IMG/VR virus record: IMGVR_UViG_3300010354_000005
Location: 1-56,337 of that record
From: a virus
Taxonomy: Duplodnaviria; Caudoviricetes
Length of the DNA stretch: 56,337 bases
Strand: one strand, 5' to 3'
The notes under the pieces were generated by a model. The model was not told where the DNA came from, made no database searches, and saw only the letters and a program-made list of their open reading frames with translations. Made by a program: the position numbers and the translations under genes. Shown here one piece after another: positions 18,960 through 29,800 of the stretch. Every line of letters starts with the position of its first letter. The stretch's first letter is position 1.

Positions 18960-20828
18960 ATGGCGGGTCTCAAGCTGATGACTCAAGGTGGCTTCAACCC
19001 AAAAGTTGCTGCACACCTACTAGACAATGCGACAGGTCAGCGCGCTGTCAATACAAAAGTTTACGCGGGAGACCTCAGGGGGTGGTACAAGAGCAAAGCA
19101 GTAACCCCCGCCTTTTCTACTATCGCTAATGGCGAAACAATCTACAAGATCCTAGATCAATCAAATGATGATCGCTGGATAGTTTGGGATAGTACTGTAT
19201 GGGCGGCTAGGTCTCCGTTGCTTGACGAGACTCAGCCTCCCGGCAGCAATATCTTCTACACAGAAAACCTAACGCTCAAGAAAACCAACGCTACTCTGGC
19301 TGGCGACTCTGCCTTCAACGGCGAACCCCCACAAGATTGGTACTACGGCGGCGTTCAAGCCCCGATGACAGCTCTGTCTGTTGCCCGTGTTGGCGGCGGT
19401 GTGGTTGCTGAGACCCGTGTGTACACATACACCTTTGTCGAAGAGTTTGGCGGCACCGAGCAAGAGTCTGCCCCGGGGCCGGTATCAGCAGAAGTTGATT
19501 GGGCTAGTACGAACACCATCGATCTTTCTAACTTCGATGATCCGTTTGTTTATCCAAACACCAATATAACCAAAGTTCGAATCTATCGTTCAGTCACTAG
19601 TTCTGGCGGAGATCCTACGTTCCTTTTGGTTGCTGAGATCAATGCTTCGTCCCTTTTGCCAACACCTTCGGCTCACGTCTACAACGACTCTGTAGATGTT
19701 GCTGACTTGGGCGTACCTCTACCTAGCTCGACTTGGTTAGAACCGCCCGACTTGAGTGGTGTTGTATTGCACCCCGGCGGGTTCCTGATCGGCTGGCATC
19801 GTCGCGAGATCGTCATCTCCGAGGTTAACGCTCCCCACGCTTACCCACTTGCTTATCGATATGTTATCGACCACGACATTGTAGGTATGGGTGTGTACGG
19901 ACAATCTGTTGCAATTATGACAGAGGGTTATCCGTATGTGATGAGCGGCCTCCTACCAGAAGCTATGTCTCCTGAGAAGGTGCCAATCCTTGAGCCCTGC
20001 GTTAGTCAACGGTCGATTACAGCCGACGACATGGGTGTGATGTACGCAAGCCCGAACGGAATCTGCATGATCGGTTCTGGTACTGGCGGTCTAGCAACTG
20101 GCAACTTGTTTACACGGGATGAGTTTTCTAAGTTCAACCCAACTACTATCCGGTCTGCTGTATATAATGGCAAGTATTTTGCCTTCTACATGCAGGGCGA
20201 ACAAAAGCCGTTACCTAGTGGCGGGATAATCCTAGACAGAGCTTTGCCTTCTAGCCCATTGTCCCTGACTAGCGTAGAGGCTGCGGCTGCTTATGTTGAC
20301 CCCGCTACTGCTAAGCTGTATTACTTAGATGGCACAACGATCTACGAGTGGGAGGCTGACAAACTTAACAACTTCCCGTTCGAGTGGTTGTCAAAGCGGT
20401 TTATCTTTGAGGCACCCACTAACCTTGCTGCGATTGAGATTGGCGCAGACTTTATTAGCATCGAAGCAGCGGAACAGGCGGAGCAAGCTAGGCAAGAAGT
20501 TATTGATGCGAACAACGCTTTGTGGGCCAGCGGCGATCCGTTGAACAGTACGCTTAATGCAGCACCGCTCAACGTATACGACATCAATGGTTCGATAATG
20601 CAGAACATACCGAACCTTGTTGATGACCGGTTCGTCCAGTTTACTTTGTATGCTGAGAAGGACGGTGCGATGGTTGAAGTGTACAACGCGACCTATCTTG
20701 CTAACGGAACTTACAGACTCCCATCTGGCTTGAAGTCTCAGAAGTTCGAGATCAAACTGGCGGGTAACTTGGAGTTCCGGTACATCAAGATGGCATCCTC
20801 CATGAAAGAACTTGCGAGATTGGAGTAA
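18960..20828 (+). CDS. Tail hub/stabilisation protein (gp10 or tubular-B-like)
   Basis: 622 aa, beta-rich, preceding the GNAT and ejection genes. Confidence 0.65.
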   Translation: MAGLKLMTQGGFNPKVAAHLLDNATGQRAVNTKVYAGDLRGWYKSKAVTPAFSTIANGETIYKILDQSNDDRWIVWDSTVWAARSPLLDETQPPGSNIFYTENLTLKKTNATLAGDSAFNGEPPQDWYYGGVQAPMTALSVARVGGGVVAETRVYTYTFVEEFGGTEQESAPGPVSAEVDWASTNTIDLSNFDDPFVYPNTNITKVRIYRSVTSSGGDPTFLLVAEINASSLLPTPSAHVYNDSVDVADLGVPLPSSTWLEPPDLSGVVLHPGGFLIGWHRREIVISEVNAPHAYPLAYRYVIDHDIVGMGVYGQSVAIMTEGYPYVMSGLLPEAMSPEKVPILEPCVSQRSITADDMGVMYASPNGICMIGSGTGGLATGNLFTRDEFSKFNPTTIRSAVYNGKYFAFYMQGEQKPLPSGGIILDRALPSSPLSLTSVEAAAAYVDPATAKLYYLDGTTIYEWEADKLNNFPFEWLSKRFIFEAPTNLAAIEIGADFISIEAAEQAEQARQEVIDANNALWASGDPLNSTLNAAPLNVYDINGSIMQNIPNLVDDRFVQFTLYAEKDGAMVEVYNATYLANGTYRLPSGLKSQKFEIKLAGNLEFRYIKMASSMKELARLE

Positions 20829-20831
20829 ACG

Positions 20832-21080
20832 ATGGCAGCACCTCAACCACCTAGAACCCACATTGACATAGTAGGTAGGCAAAAGAAGCCAGCTATACCA
20901 GCGATACAAACAAACAGTATTGCTGATCGTAGGCTGGTTTCTATTTTGCAACCTCTTAAACAAAATGTGGAAATGCTTACCGGAGTACGAGGCGGTCGTG
21001 TGGAGCAGCTTGACAATACTGCAACACTAGACGACGTAATTCAAAAACTTAACGAAGTGATTGCAAGACTCAACTTCTAA
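20832..21080 (+). CDS. Small structural protein
   Basis: 82 aa with a helical C-terminus. Confidence 0.6.
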   Translation: MAAPQPPRTHIDIVGRQKKPAIPAIQTNSIADRRLVSILQPLKQNVEMLTGVRGGRVEQLDNTATLDDVIQKLNEVIARLNF

Positions 21081-21084
21081 CTGT

Positions 21085-21492
21085 ATGGAAAAACTAATCA
21101 ATGATCCTGACCGAGTGTGGCACTTCCTAAAAGATCTGGGGGTGCCGGTCATGTATTCCGCTGGGATGCAGGGAATCGGAAGGGAGATAGAAGGTGGCCT
21201 CGTAGGCGGCGTTCTTTACGAGGGTTGGACAAAGAGAAACATCTTCATGCACTGCGCTGGCAGAGGTAAGAAGTGGATAAGCAAGTCGCTTTTACGGGCG
21301 GCTTTTTCATATCCATTCCACCAACTGAACTGCGACAGGGTATCGGCTTGGGTCGATGAGTCAAACACAGAGTCTCGAACCTTGGTGGAGAAGATTGGAT
21401 TCACAGAAGAAACGCGGCTGAAGGGTGCCGCACCCGATGGTGGGGATGTAGTCATCTATGTCTTGTGGCGTAAAGATTGTCGATTCTTGTAA
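21085..21492 (+). CDS. GNAT-fold protein (P22 gp14 / T7 gp13-like position)
   Basis: FSYPF...N..SR.LVEKIGF.EE motif. Confidence 0.75.
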   Translation: MEKLINDPDRVWHFLKDLGVPVMYSAGMQGIGREIEGGLVGGVLYEGWTKRNIFMHCAGRGKKWISKSLLRAAFSYPFHQLNCDRVSAWVDESNTESRTLVEKIGFTEETRLKGAAPDGGDVVIYVLWRKDCRFL

Positions 21493-21502
21493 GGGATAAA
21501 AA

Positions 21503-22672
21503 ATGTTCGACAAACATGATAGCTTTATGGAGTTCTACGGGGATGTATGCGAAAACCCAAGAGATCCAGTTGAGCGCAAATTAGCAGTATTGCAAAAGAG
21601 AAACATAGCCTTTGGTGGTAAGGGTAGTGCGCCCGATCCCAACCCGGGTATGGTTGCTTCTGCTGATGCTGCGGCAAAAACTGCTGAAGCTCAGAAGGAG
21701 ATTGCGAAGAACACTCTTGACTTCTATAAGCAGCAGTATGCAGATATGAAGCCAATTCTAACTGAGGTTCTTCAGGGTCAGGTTGATACGCAAAGAGAAT
21801 CAATGCGTCAAGCCGCCGAGTACGAAGATTACATGAAGCAAACCTTCCGTCCTCTGGAAGAGCGTCTGGCCGAAGAGGCTGGTATGTACGACACCGAGGC
21901 TGGCCGTGAGCGTCTTGCTCGTCAGGCTGCTGGCGACCTTGCTACTTCGTTCCAAAGCATGCGAGAGCAGGGCAACCGTCAAGCTAGGTCTATGGGTCTG
22001 CGTCCTTCGTCTGGCCGGTTCGCCGCACTGAACCAACAGCTCAACCTGCAAGAAGCGTTAGCCCGTGCTGCTGCTAAGACCGGTGCCCGCGAAGGCGCAT
22101 TGGACAAAGCCCGCGCATTGAAGTACGACGCTGCTGCTCTAGGTCGTAACCTTCCGACCAACATCACTGGCTCACAACAGATTGGTCTTGGCGCTGCGGC
22201 TGGTGCTCAACAGGGCGCTATGGTTCCCGGTCAAGTAATGGCACCCGGCTTCCAAGGCGCAATGCAAGGATACCAAGGTGCTACCCAAGCTTACGGTACC
22301 GCTGGAAACATCTACGGCCAAGAGTACCAAGGTCGCATGCAAGCCTATAACGCTCAACAGGAAGCAGCGGGTGGTTTGTTCAAAGGTCTTGGCGGTCTGG
22401 CAGGTATGGCTTTTGGCGCACCAACTGGATCTATCGGTGGCAAATTGTTAGGCTTCGCTGACGGTGGCGCACCAAGGAAGCGCGGTATGGTTCGCGGCCC
22501 CGGCGGCCCTGTAGATGATATGATACCGGCAATGTTGTCGGACGGTGAATACGTTCTGCCAGCAGATACGGTCAAGGCTATCGGCAAAAAGAAATTGGAT
22601 AAAGTTGTCGATAAGACACATACCCCCGCTGCTATTCAACGTAAGCGCGGCATGAAGAAGAGAGGCAAATAA
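21503..22672 (+). CDS. Ejection/internal virion protein
   Basis: A/Q/G-rich helices; C-terminal FADGG...GPG..DD.IPAMLSDGEYV. Confidence 0.7.
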   Translation: MFDKHDSFMEFYGDVCENPRDPVERKLAVLQKRNIAFGGKGSAPDPNPGMVASADAAAKTAEAQKEIAKNTLDFYKQQYADMKPILTEVLQGQVDTQRESMRQAAEYEDYMKQTFRPLEERLAEEAGMYDTEAGRERLARQAAGDLATSFQSMREQGNRQARSMGLRPSSGRFAALNQQLNLQEALARAAAKTGAREGALDKARALKYDAAALGRNLPTNITGSQQIGLGAAAGAQQGAMVPGQVMAPGFQGAMQGYQGATQAYGTAGNIYGQEYQGRMQAYNAQQEAAGGLFKGLGGLAGMAFGAPTGSIGGKLLGFADGGAPRKRGMVRGPGGPVDDMIPAMLSDGEYVLPADTVKAIGKKKLDKVVDKTHTPAAIQRKRGMKKRGK

Positions 22673-23820
22673 TGGCTATGGCACGCGGATTAGGCGCATT
22701 CGCTGAGGGCTTCACCCAAGGCTACGCGCAAATGAGTGAGATTGATGCTCGTCGTCAGGCTGTTGAACGCGAGAAGCAGCGTATGGCTCTTGAGGAAAGA
22801 CGTGCCGACTTGGAGCAGCAGCGGTTCGGCATGGAGAAAGAAAACTTCGAGCTGGGCAAGCAGAGAACCGGAATGGAGATTGCTGCCCTGAAGCGCGAGG
22901 AGGATTTCCAAAACGACCTCAGACAGACATTAGCAAATGTGCAAAAAATGTCTATGCCCGGATACGAGGGCGAGGTCATTGATAGCCGCACTGGTAAATC
23001 CCAAGGTGTCAAGCGATTCCAAAATCCAGACGAAGAGATCGGCCCGATGAAAGAGCGTGGCTTAGCGTTCCGTGCTGGCTCGATCAAGCAAGTCGGCCCT
23101 ATGGATCCATTGGATTACCAGATGAAGTTCGCTGATGAGTTCATGGCTGCTCAAGCTCGTCACGGGAAACTTACCCCTGAGATGTTGGATGCTGCGAAAG
23201 CACGGCGCAAGCAGATTGAGGGCGAAGGCGCAATCGAAGCTGCACGTTACTTCATGACTACTGGTGATGAAGCCGGCGCTAAAGCTATGTTTGCAAAGCA
23301 GGGCAAGATAACCCTTGGCAAAGATGTAACTCTCTCAGTTGTAAGAGACCCCATCACTGGCCCCAAAATTATTGGCACCCGTGGAGGTAAGCAGGTCTTT
23401 GATATGTTTGACGATGTTATACTTCCGTCAATGTCTGCTGAATCTTATAGCAAGACAATGGCTGAGCTTAAGAAACTTGGCATACAAGAATCTGGCGAAA
23501 ATCTTCGTGCTGGTCAAGCAGCAAAAGCAGCAATGGATCGTACTGTTTACGAAGCCAATGCTCGTATGGCTGCGGCTAACAAAGACAAGGGCGATGACGC
23601 TGCCAAAGAACTCTACAAGTACACCTTGGAGTTCGCTGGTAAGTTCGCAAGCAACCCGACCTTTACATGGGATCCTGCCCAATACATGCGCTGGGCAAGT
23701 ACGGTTGCAGCAAAAGCAGAACAGCACCGTCGCGGTGGTCTATCTATCCCCGAGGCGGCAGCAAAAGCCACCAACGAAGTTCCGGTACCGGACGCTGTGG
23801 TGGGCAAAGCAAAAAAATAA
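22672..23820 (+). CDS. Ejection/internal virion protein
   Basis: Amphipathic N-terminus (GLGAFAEGF) and coiled coil. Confidence 0.65.
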   Translation: MAMARGLGAFAEGFTQGYAQMSEIDARRQAVEREKQRMALEERRADLEQQRFGMEKENFELGKQRTGMEIAALKREEDFQNDLRQTLANVQKMSMPGYEGEVIDSRTGKSQGVKRFQNPDEEIGPMKERGLAFRAGSIKQVGPMDPLDYQMKFADEFMAAQARHGKLTPEMLDAAKARRKQIEGEGAIEAARYFMTTGDEAGAKAMFAKQGKITLGKDVTLSVVRDPITGPKIIGTRGGKQVFDMFDDVILPSMSAESYSKTMAELKKLGIQESGENLRAGQAAKAAMDRTVYEANARMAAANKDKGDDAAKELYKYTLEFAGKFASNPTFTWDPAQYMRWASTVAAKAEQHRRGGLSIPEAAAKATNEVPVPDAVVGKAKK

Positions 23821-23830
23821 GGATACCTAA

Positions 23831-26800
23831 ATGGCAACTTCTCCGCTCTATAAGACTTCTGACGAAGCAGGAACCGAATCACGGAGAAAGGGTCAAGCGA
23901 TATCAAGCGGCAAGTACGAACCGGGCGCATTCGCACGTCAAGCAATTGGCACCGAATATGTCCCGGGTCAGTACGCAAGTCAGCAGATTGGTCAAAACTA
24001 CACCCCCGGAGTTGTAGCTGACCAAGCTCTTGCCGCTGGACTCCCTTCCCCTTCCTCACGTCGTCGAGGCATTGCGCCCTCCCCATCAGGCCCCAGCGCC
24101 GCCCCCACGTTTGATCCCCTAAAAGCCTACGAAGAATCGATCCTCAAGGATCAACCCCAATCAGAACTTCGTTCGTCTGCACCAGAAGGAAACTTCCTTG
24201 GTGACTCAGCCAACGATCTAGTCATTGGTGGTTTACAGCTTTATGGTGCTGGCTACGAGATTGCCAACTTGGTATCTGGTGGTGCAATCGATCAAGCCAT
24301 TAAGGATCGCACGGGCAAGACGGGTACGCAAAACTTGGCTGAAGGTCGCCGCATGCTTCAGGCGGATCAGTCTCCTGCGCTGAGAGCCCAACAGAAAGAA
24401 CTGGAAGATGCCAAAGGATTTGTTGACAGCTTTGCAACTGTCCTAACCAACCCACGTCTGGCCGGCTCGTTGACTATGCAGATGGTTCCGCAGCTTGCGA
24501 CTATCGGTATGGCTGCACGGGCTGTGGCTATGAAAACTTTGGCTTGGGGTGCCGAGGCTGGTCTGAGCGCCGAAGCCGCCACTGCTGCTGCATCTACTAA
24601 CGCGGCGCGTACTGTCCTTGGTTTGAACGCTGCGATGGAAGGTGGTATGGCCGGGGCTGATACCCGCAACCACATCCTGAATATGACAGAGGCAGAGCTT
24701 TCGAAGTCTCCTCAGTATCAGGCACTTCTGCGGTCGGGTATGGATCCGATGCTTGCTCGGCAGAAACTAGCCAACGATGCGTCGCTGATCTCTACGGCTC
24801 TGGCAGCTTCGATCTCTGCTGTTGCTTCTAAGGTAACTGGTGCAGCTAAGCTTGAGGCCGCAGTCTTGGGTGGTGTGGTTAACAAGGTTGAGCGCGAGGT
24901 TGGCAAGAAGTCAGGCATGACAATCGCTAAAGAGCTTGGCTTTGCTGGCGTTAAGGAAACCGCAGAGGAAACCCTGCAAGAAGGTGGCGCGCAATTTGCC
25001 CAGAACGTAGCTAAGCAGCAGAAGATCGACGAGCAGCAAGCCTTGATGGAAGGTGTACCCGAGGCCGCTGGTGCTGGTGGTGCTATGGGTCTGCTTGCCG
25101 GTGCTGGATTCGGTGGTGCAAAGGTCGCAATAGAGAAAGGCGCTGAAGCTATCGCCACTCCCCCCGGATCTTCAACTACTGGACAAACATACAGTGGCCC
25201 CGGAGCTGGACGACTCACCGACGTTGAGATGGTGTCAGCCGCACGGTCGCCAGCGTTTATGGCATACCAATGGTCTGTGGCTGATGACGCTACACGAATC
25301 CGTTTACAGAATGCTAACCCCAACCTGAACCTACAAGCTCTGGCACAAGACGTTGATCTTGTTGCTCAGGGTAAGCGGCTGTCTGATTCGGCACCGCAGT
25401 TTGGCCAGACCTTCCTGAACCAATTGGAAGAGTTTGACCTTACAACTGCACAAGCCGCGGCAGACCAGACTCAGCGTATAGCCGGCGCTCCTTCGATGGA
25501 GGGTGTCAAGACTGATGCCGACCGCGCTATGCAGGAAGCTGGCGAAGGGATTGTCTCGACTCCACCCGCTCCGTCCACTGACCAAGAGGCTGATGTTGGC
25601 GGCGATACGGGTGTGCCACAGATTACCGACATGTCGATGGAAGAGCAGATCAACCGTCTGCGTGGCTACAAGCGTCGTGCTCAGAACCTAGAGGGACTGC
25701 CAGAGAACTACCGTCGTCAGCAAGCCGAGCTGTCCGTACAGGAAATGGTGGATCAGGGATTCCCTGAAACCGTAGCCCGTGGCGTGTTCGGCGGCCTACT
25801 GTACGGCCCCAGCCTAGAGACCGTCCTATCAGAAGGAGGCCATACGGCTTCACAGGAGCCCGCTGGTGAGGTCGAAAGCATTGGCGGTACACCCATAGCC
25901 ACCCAGACCACGCTCGTTCAGGAGACCCCGCAGAAGCCCGTTACGGAGGTGTTGACGGAGTTCGGTGACAAGCGCATGTCTGACGGTACGATGACAGACG
26001 ACCAGTTCAGGGATGCTCTTGTCAATTGGGACAACCGCCGCCAAGGCACCGATGGCAAGTCTACCCGCTCCGACTACGAGATCGTCCCCCTGCCAGCCCC
26101 AATGCAAAAGCTGGCCGATGCTCTGGGGATTCAACTCAAGGGTTGGGCATGGAAGGGTGATCCCTACCGTCTGGTCAGCACCCGTCAGGGTATCTCGATG
26201 GGCAAAGGGGTTATTGGTATCAACTTTGGTACCACATCCCAAGGCGGCGAGTTCGTTGTCTTTGGGCATGAGCTGTTCCATGAGCTTGCCAGCCGTGATC
26301 GTCAGGCCGCAGACAACCTTATTGCTGCAATGCAGGACTTCCTTGATGGCGACATCACCGAGGATCTGCGTGAGAAACTGCGTCAGGTTGGCTACAAAGA
26401 GGACATCCTAGCCGAAGAGATTGTTGCCGACGTTCTTGGCGTTCTGTTTGCAGAGCAGTCGTTCTGGAAGAAGATGGCGGAAGTGCAACCCACTCTGCTT
26501 GAGAAGATCATCGACATCATTCGTCAGATGATTAACCGTATGTCCCAATTTGGGACTAGGGAGAAGATGGTTCGCAACGCCATCAAAGATCTTCAGAGAG
26601 TTGAAGATATGATGGTTGGGTTCCTGAACGATGCCATCAACAAGCAAGCCGCTGGTACGTCCGTACAAGACAACATACAACTTAACGCAACTCAAGCAGA
26701 AGCACTACAAAACGTCAGGTCTCTTCTCAAGGAAGGCAAGCGTTCTGAGGCTGCCGCTGCGTTCAAGGCTGCAAACCTGTGGAAAGAAACTGGCCTGAAC

Positions 26801-29800
26801 TTCAATGAGATCGAGACTCAGGAGGTTGCTCCCATTGCGGAGGAGGCCGAAGTCCCGATGCGCCGGCCACAGGAAGAGGTTGATGCTGAGAACGCCTACC
26901 GCGCAATGCTGGAAACAGTTGATCTGCTCCGCGCTGGCAATATTCCAGCAGCAGCTAAGGCTTTCAAAGCTGGCAACCTATCAGCCTTTGGTGAGAACTT
27001 CAATGAGCTTGCAGCGCAGATTGCTTCAGAGCGTAAGAAGCGTGTCAGCGAAGCACAGTTCCAATCTGATGAGCAGAAGCGCCTAACCCTCAAGTCCAAG
27101 CGCTCCATGTTCGACCGACAGATCGAAAGTATTACGTCGGGCGTAACACGTCGCGTTGAGGAGATGATGCAGCAGCGTAAGGATCTGGCTATTGCTGGTG
27201 CCCGTGCGTTCCGCGAGACTCAGACCCAAGAACGCGCCGCCGCCTTGATGGGAGAGGAAAAGCAACGTGGCTTGCTGGCTGACGATACTGGCGGTGTAAT
27301 GACCCAGATGGCAGAGCTTGGCATGTACGGTGGTGCAGAAGCCCAAGCCGAAGCCTCAGAGAAGCGCACCAAAGCAGAAGCCGCCCGTGCCGAATCTGAT
27401 CGTCTGGCAGAAGAGAACGCGACCATCCACAACAACCGCGTCCGTGCATTACTCTACAACGCAGACCGTGGATTGGATCAGCTTGCCAAGGTTCGTCAGG
27501 AGATGGCAGCAGTTGGCTACAGTTCGAATGAGATAGAAGCAGCAGTCGGTAAGTCCGAGGCTGATCTGAAGTCTCTTCGTGATGGTGAGCTGCGCAAATT
27601 GGCAGAAGAACAACTGCGTGACGCTAAGAACATTGGTCAGCGTGAGGTTGTTACCAAGACTGAACCAGAACAGTACCCCGGATTCAATGAGATTCAGGCT
27701 GAGCTTGACCTCAATGATGACCAGAGACGCAATGCACTTGCATTACTTGATGCTGTCGAGCGCAAAGAGATGTCGATGGACGACGCGCTCAAGGCAATCA
27801 AGGTCAACAAGATTGGCCAGATGCAACTGTACGATGCGATGCGTCAGCGCGGTGTTCCTGTACCTAAGGCATGGATCGACATCAGTGGCAACATCGCTGT
27901 CAACTATCCTCTGAATGAGTGGGTCAAAGGATTCCCGAACTCAGCTATGGCTGCGCGTGACGCTTGGTTCCGTGCCGTTGATGCTGTGCCAGAGGGCGTG
28001 ATTGACCTGACCGAAGGCGAGATGGTGTCGTACCGCAACTGGAAGAAGCAAACCACCGAGCTGCGTAAGCGATTGCAAGAAAGGCAAGATCCTTGGGGAG
28101 GTGAGTTCAACTCAATGGAAAATGCCTTCCCCCACGCACTGCCGCTGAACTACACCCTCAACGAGATGCGCAATCCAGACAGCATCCCTGAGGGCGACCG
28201 CCGCCAGATGATTAAGATGGAGTTCGAAGATCCGGTCAGGGCTTGGTTCAAAGATGTTCAGTATATTGAACAATCTCGCCCCGACCTTGGGCCGCAGTTT
28301 GCAAACTTCTTGACAAAAGCAGAACAAGAAGCATACGCCGAGTTCAAGGAGCGTGAGGCCAGCGAGGCTCGTCGTGCTGTCGAAATGAAAACGAAGTCGG
28401 CATTGTATTCTCAGATTGATGGTTTGAGATTTTTGTCTCCAAAGGTTTATACCGACTTCCGTACACAAATTTCTCAGGCAGAAGAGAACCAGCTACCTGC
28501 AATCATGCAAGCTGCGTTCGAGGCTAATGAGTTTGCGGAAATGGCTAAGGCCGGTGGTGCCGAATTTGAAACTATCGGTGAGCTGATGAACCGTCGCGCT
28601 GGCGAGGACGAGGGCTTAGCACAATCCCCAGACCAGATGAGCACCGAGGAAGAACTCGACGATGACGGTAACTACATTGGCTACGACGACAGCATCAGGT
28701 TCAAGCGCGGCACCAACTCCGGTGTCCTGCCAGCCCTGAACACTATCGAGTCTGTGACTGAGATGTTCCGTAATTGGAAAAACGTACCAGCTCACACCGT
28801 AGTGCAAAACCCGAACCAGTTGCCTGATGATGTACGGGCTCGTATCCAATCCAGCTTTGCGGCAAGCGGGTTCAAGGCTGCAACAGATCCCAAGACAGGT
28901 CACATGTACTTATTCAGTGACTTCCTTGATGGTGATACCGATACGCAGTTTGCCGTGTTCAATGAGATCTACGGTCAGTTCGGTGTCCGCGGCTTCATGG
29001 GCGACTCCTTCAAGACGTTCCTTGATAACCAGTACCGCCTGAACCGCAAGACGATCATAGCAGCAGACAAGTTGATCGCGGAGCGCCGTGCTATGGGCAT
29101 CCCGACCACAACTGCCGAGGCTACCTATGCCGTACTTGGCGATACCGCAATACACACTATACACACTAAGTTCGCAAACTGGCTGGACAAGAACGGATTC
29201 CCTGCTGTTGCCGATTGGATAAGATCCTCGACCAACACTGAGGTGTCAAGCATCCTGTCAGGTGTAACTGAAAGTGCTAAGTCAAACGGTATTTCGCCTC
29301 TTGGCGGGCAACCTAACGATAGCATGTCCTTTGATCGCAAGAAAATGCCGGTCGAAGGCTACGCTTACCGCAACGGTCAGATCACCGCATACGCACGGGT
29401 CAACCCGATCACTGGCGATTGGATTGTGTTCACGATCAAGCCGGGTGCCGACTCTATCAACTCGGGTGACTACAACATCACTACTACCGACGACCTTCAG
29501 ATTGCTCACGACATGATGAAGCAACACGGTACTGTGCGCCTAGCCCGTGCCCGCGAGACCCTGCGCTACATCGGCCCCGAGAACATCGAGAAGATCAAGA
29601 CTTGGAATGAGGACGATCCTTCGTGGAAGAAGTTCTACCGCTGGGTTCGTCAAGGTGCTCAGAACAGGTTCCTCCCGATCTGGGAGGTGGCACACCAGAT
29701 GATGATGTCTGGCAAGTCCAACACTGTCATTGATGATCTGGTCAAGTACGAGTCGCGCACTGGTTATTATATTGATAACTACAAGCGTCGTTACATGTAC

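Noticed and set aside
21503-22672. Tape measure protein
   Set aside because: The FADGG...LSDGEYV motif occurs in tape measures, but this protein is short and there are no tail tube or chaperone genes.
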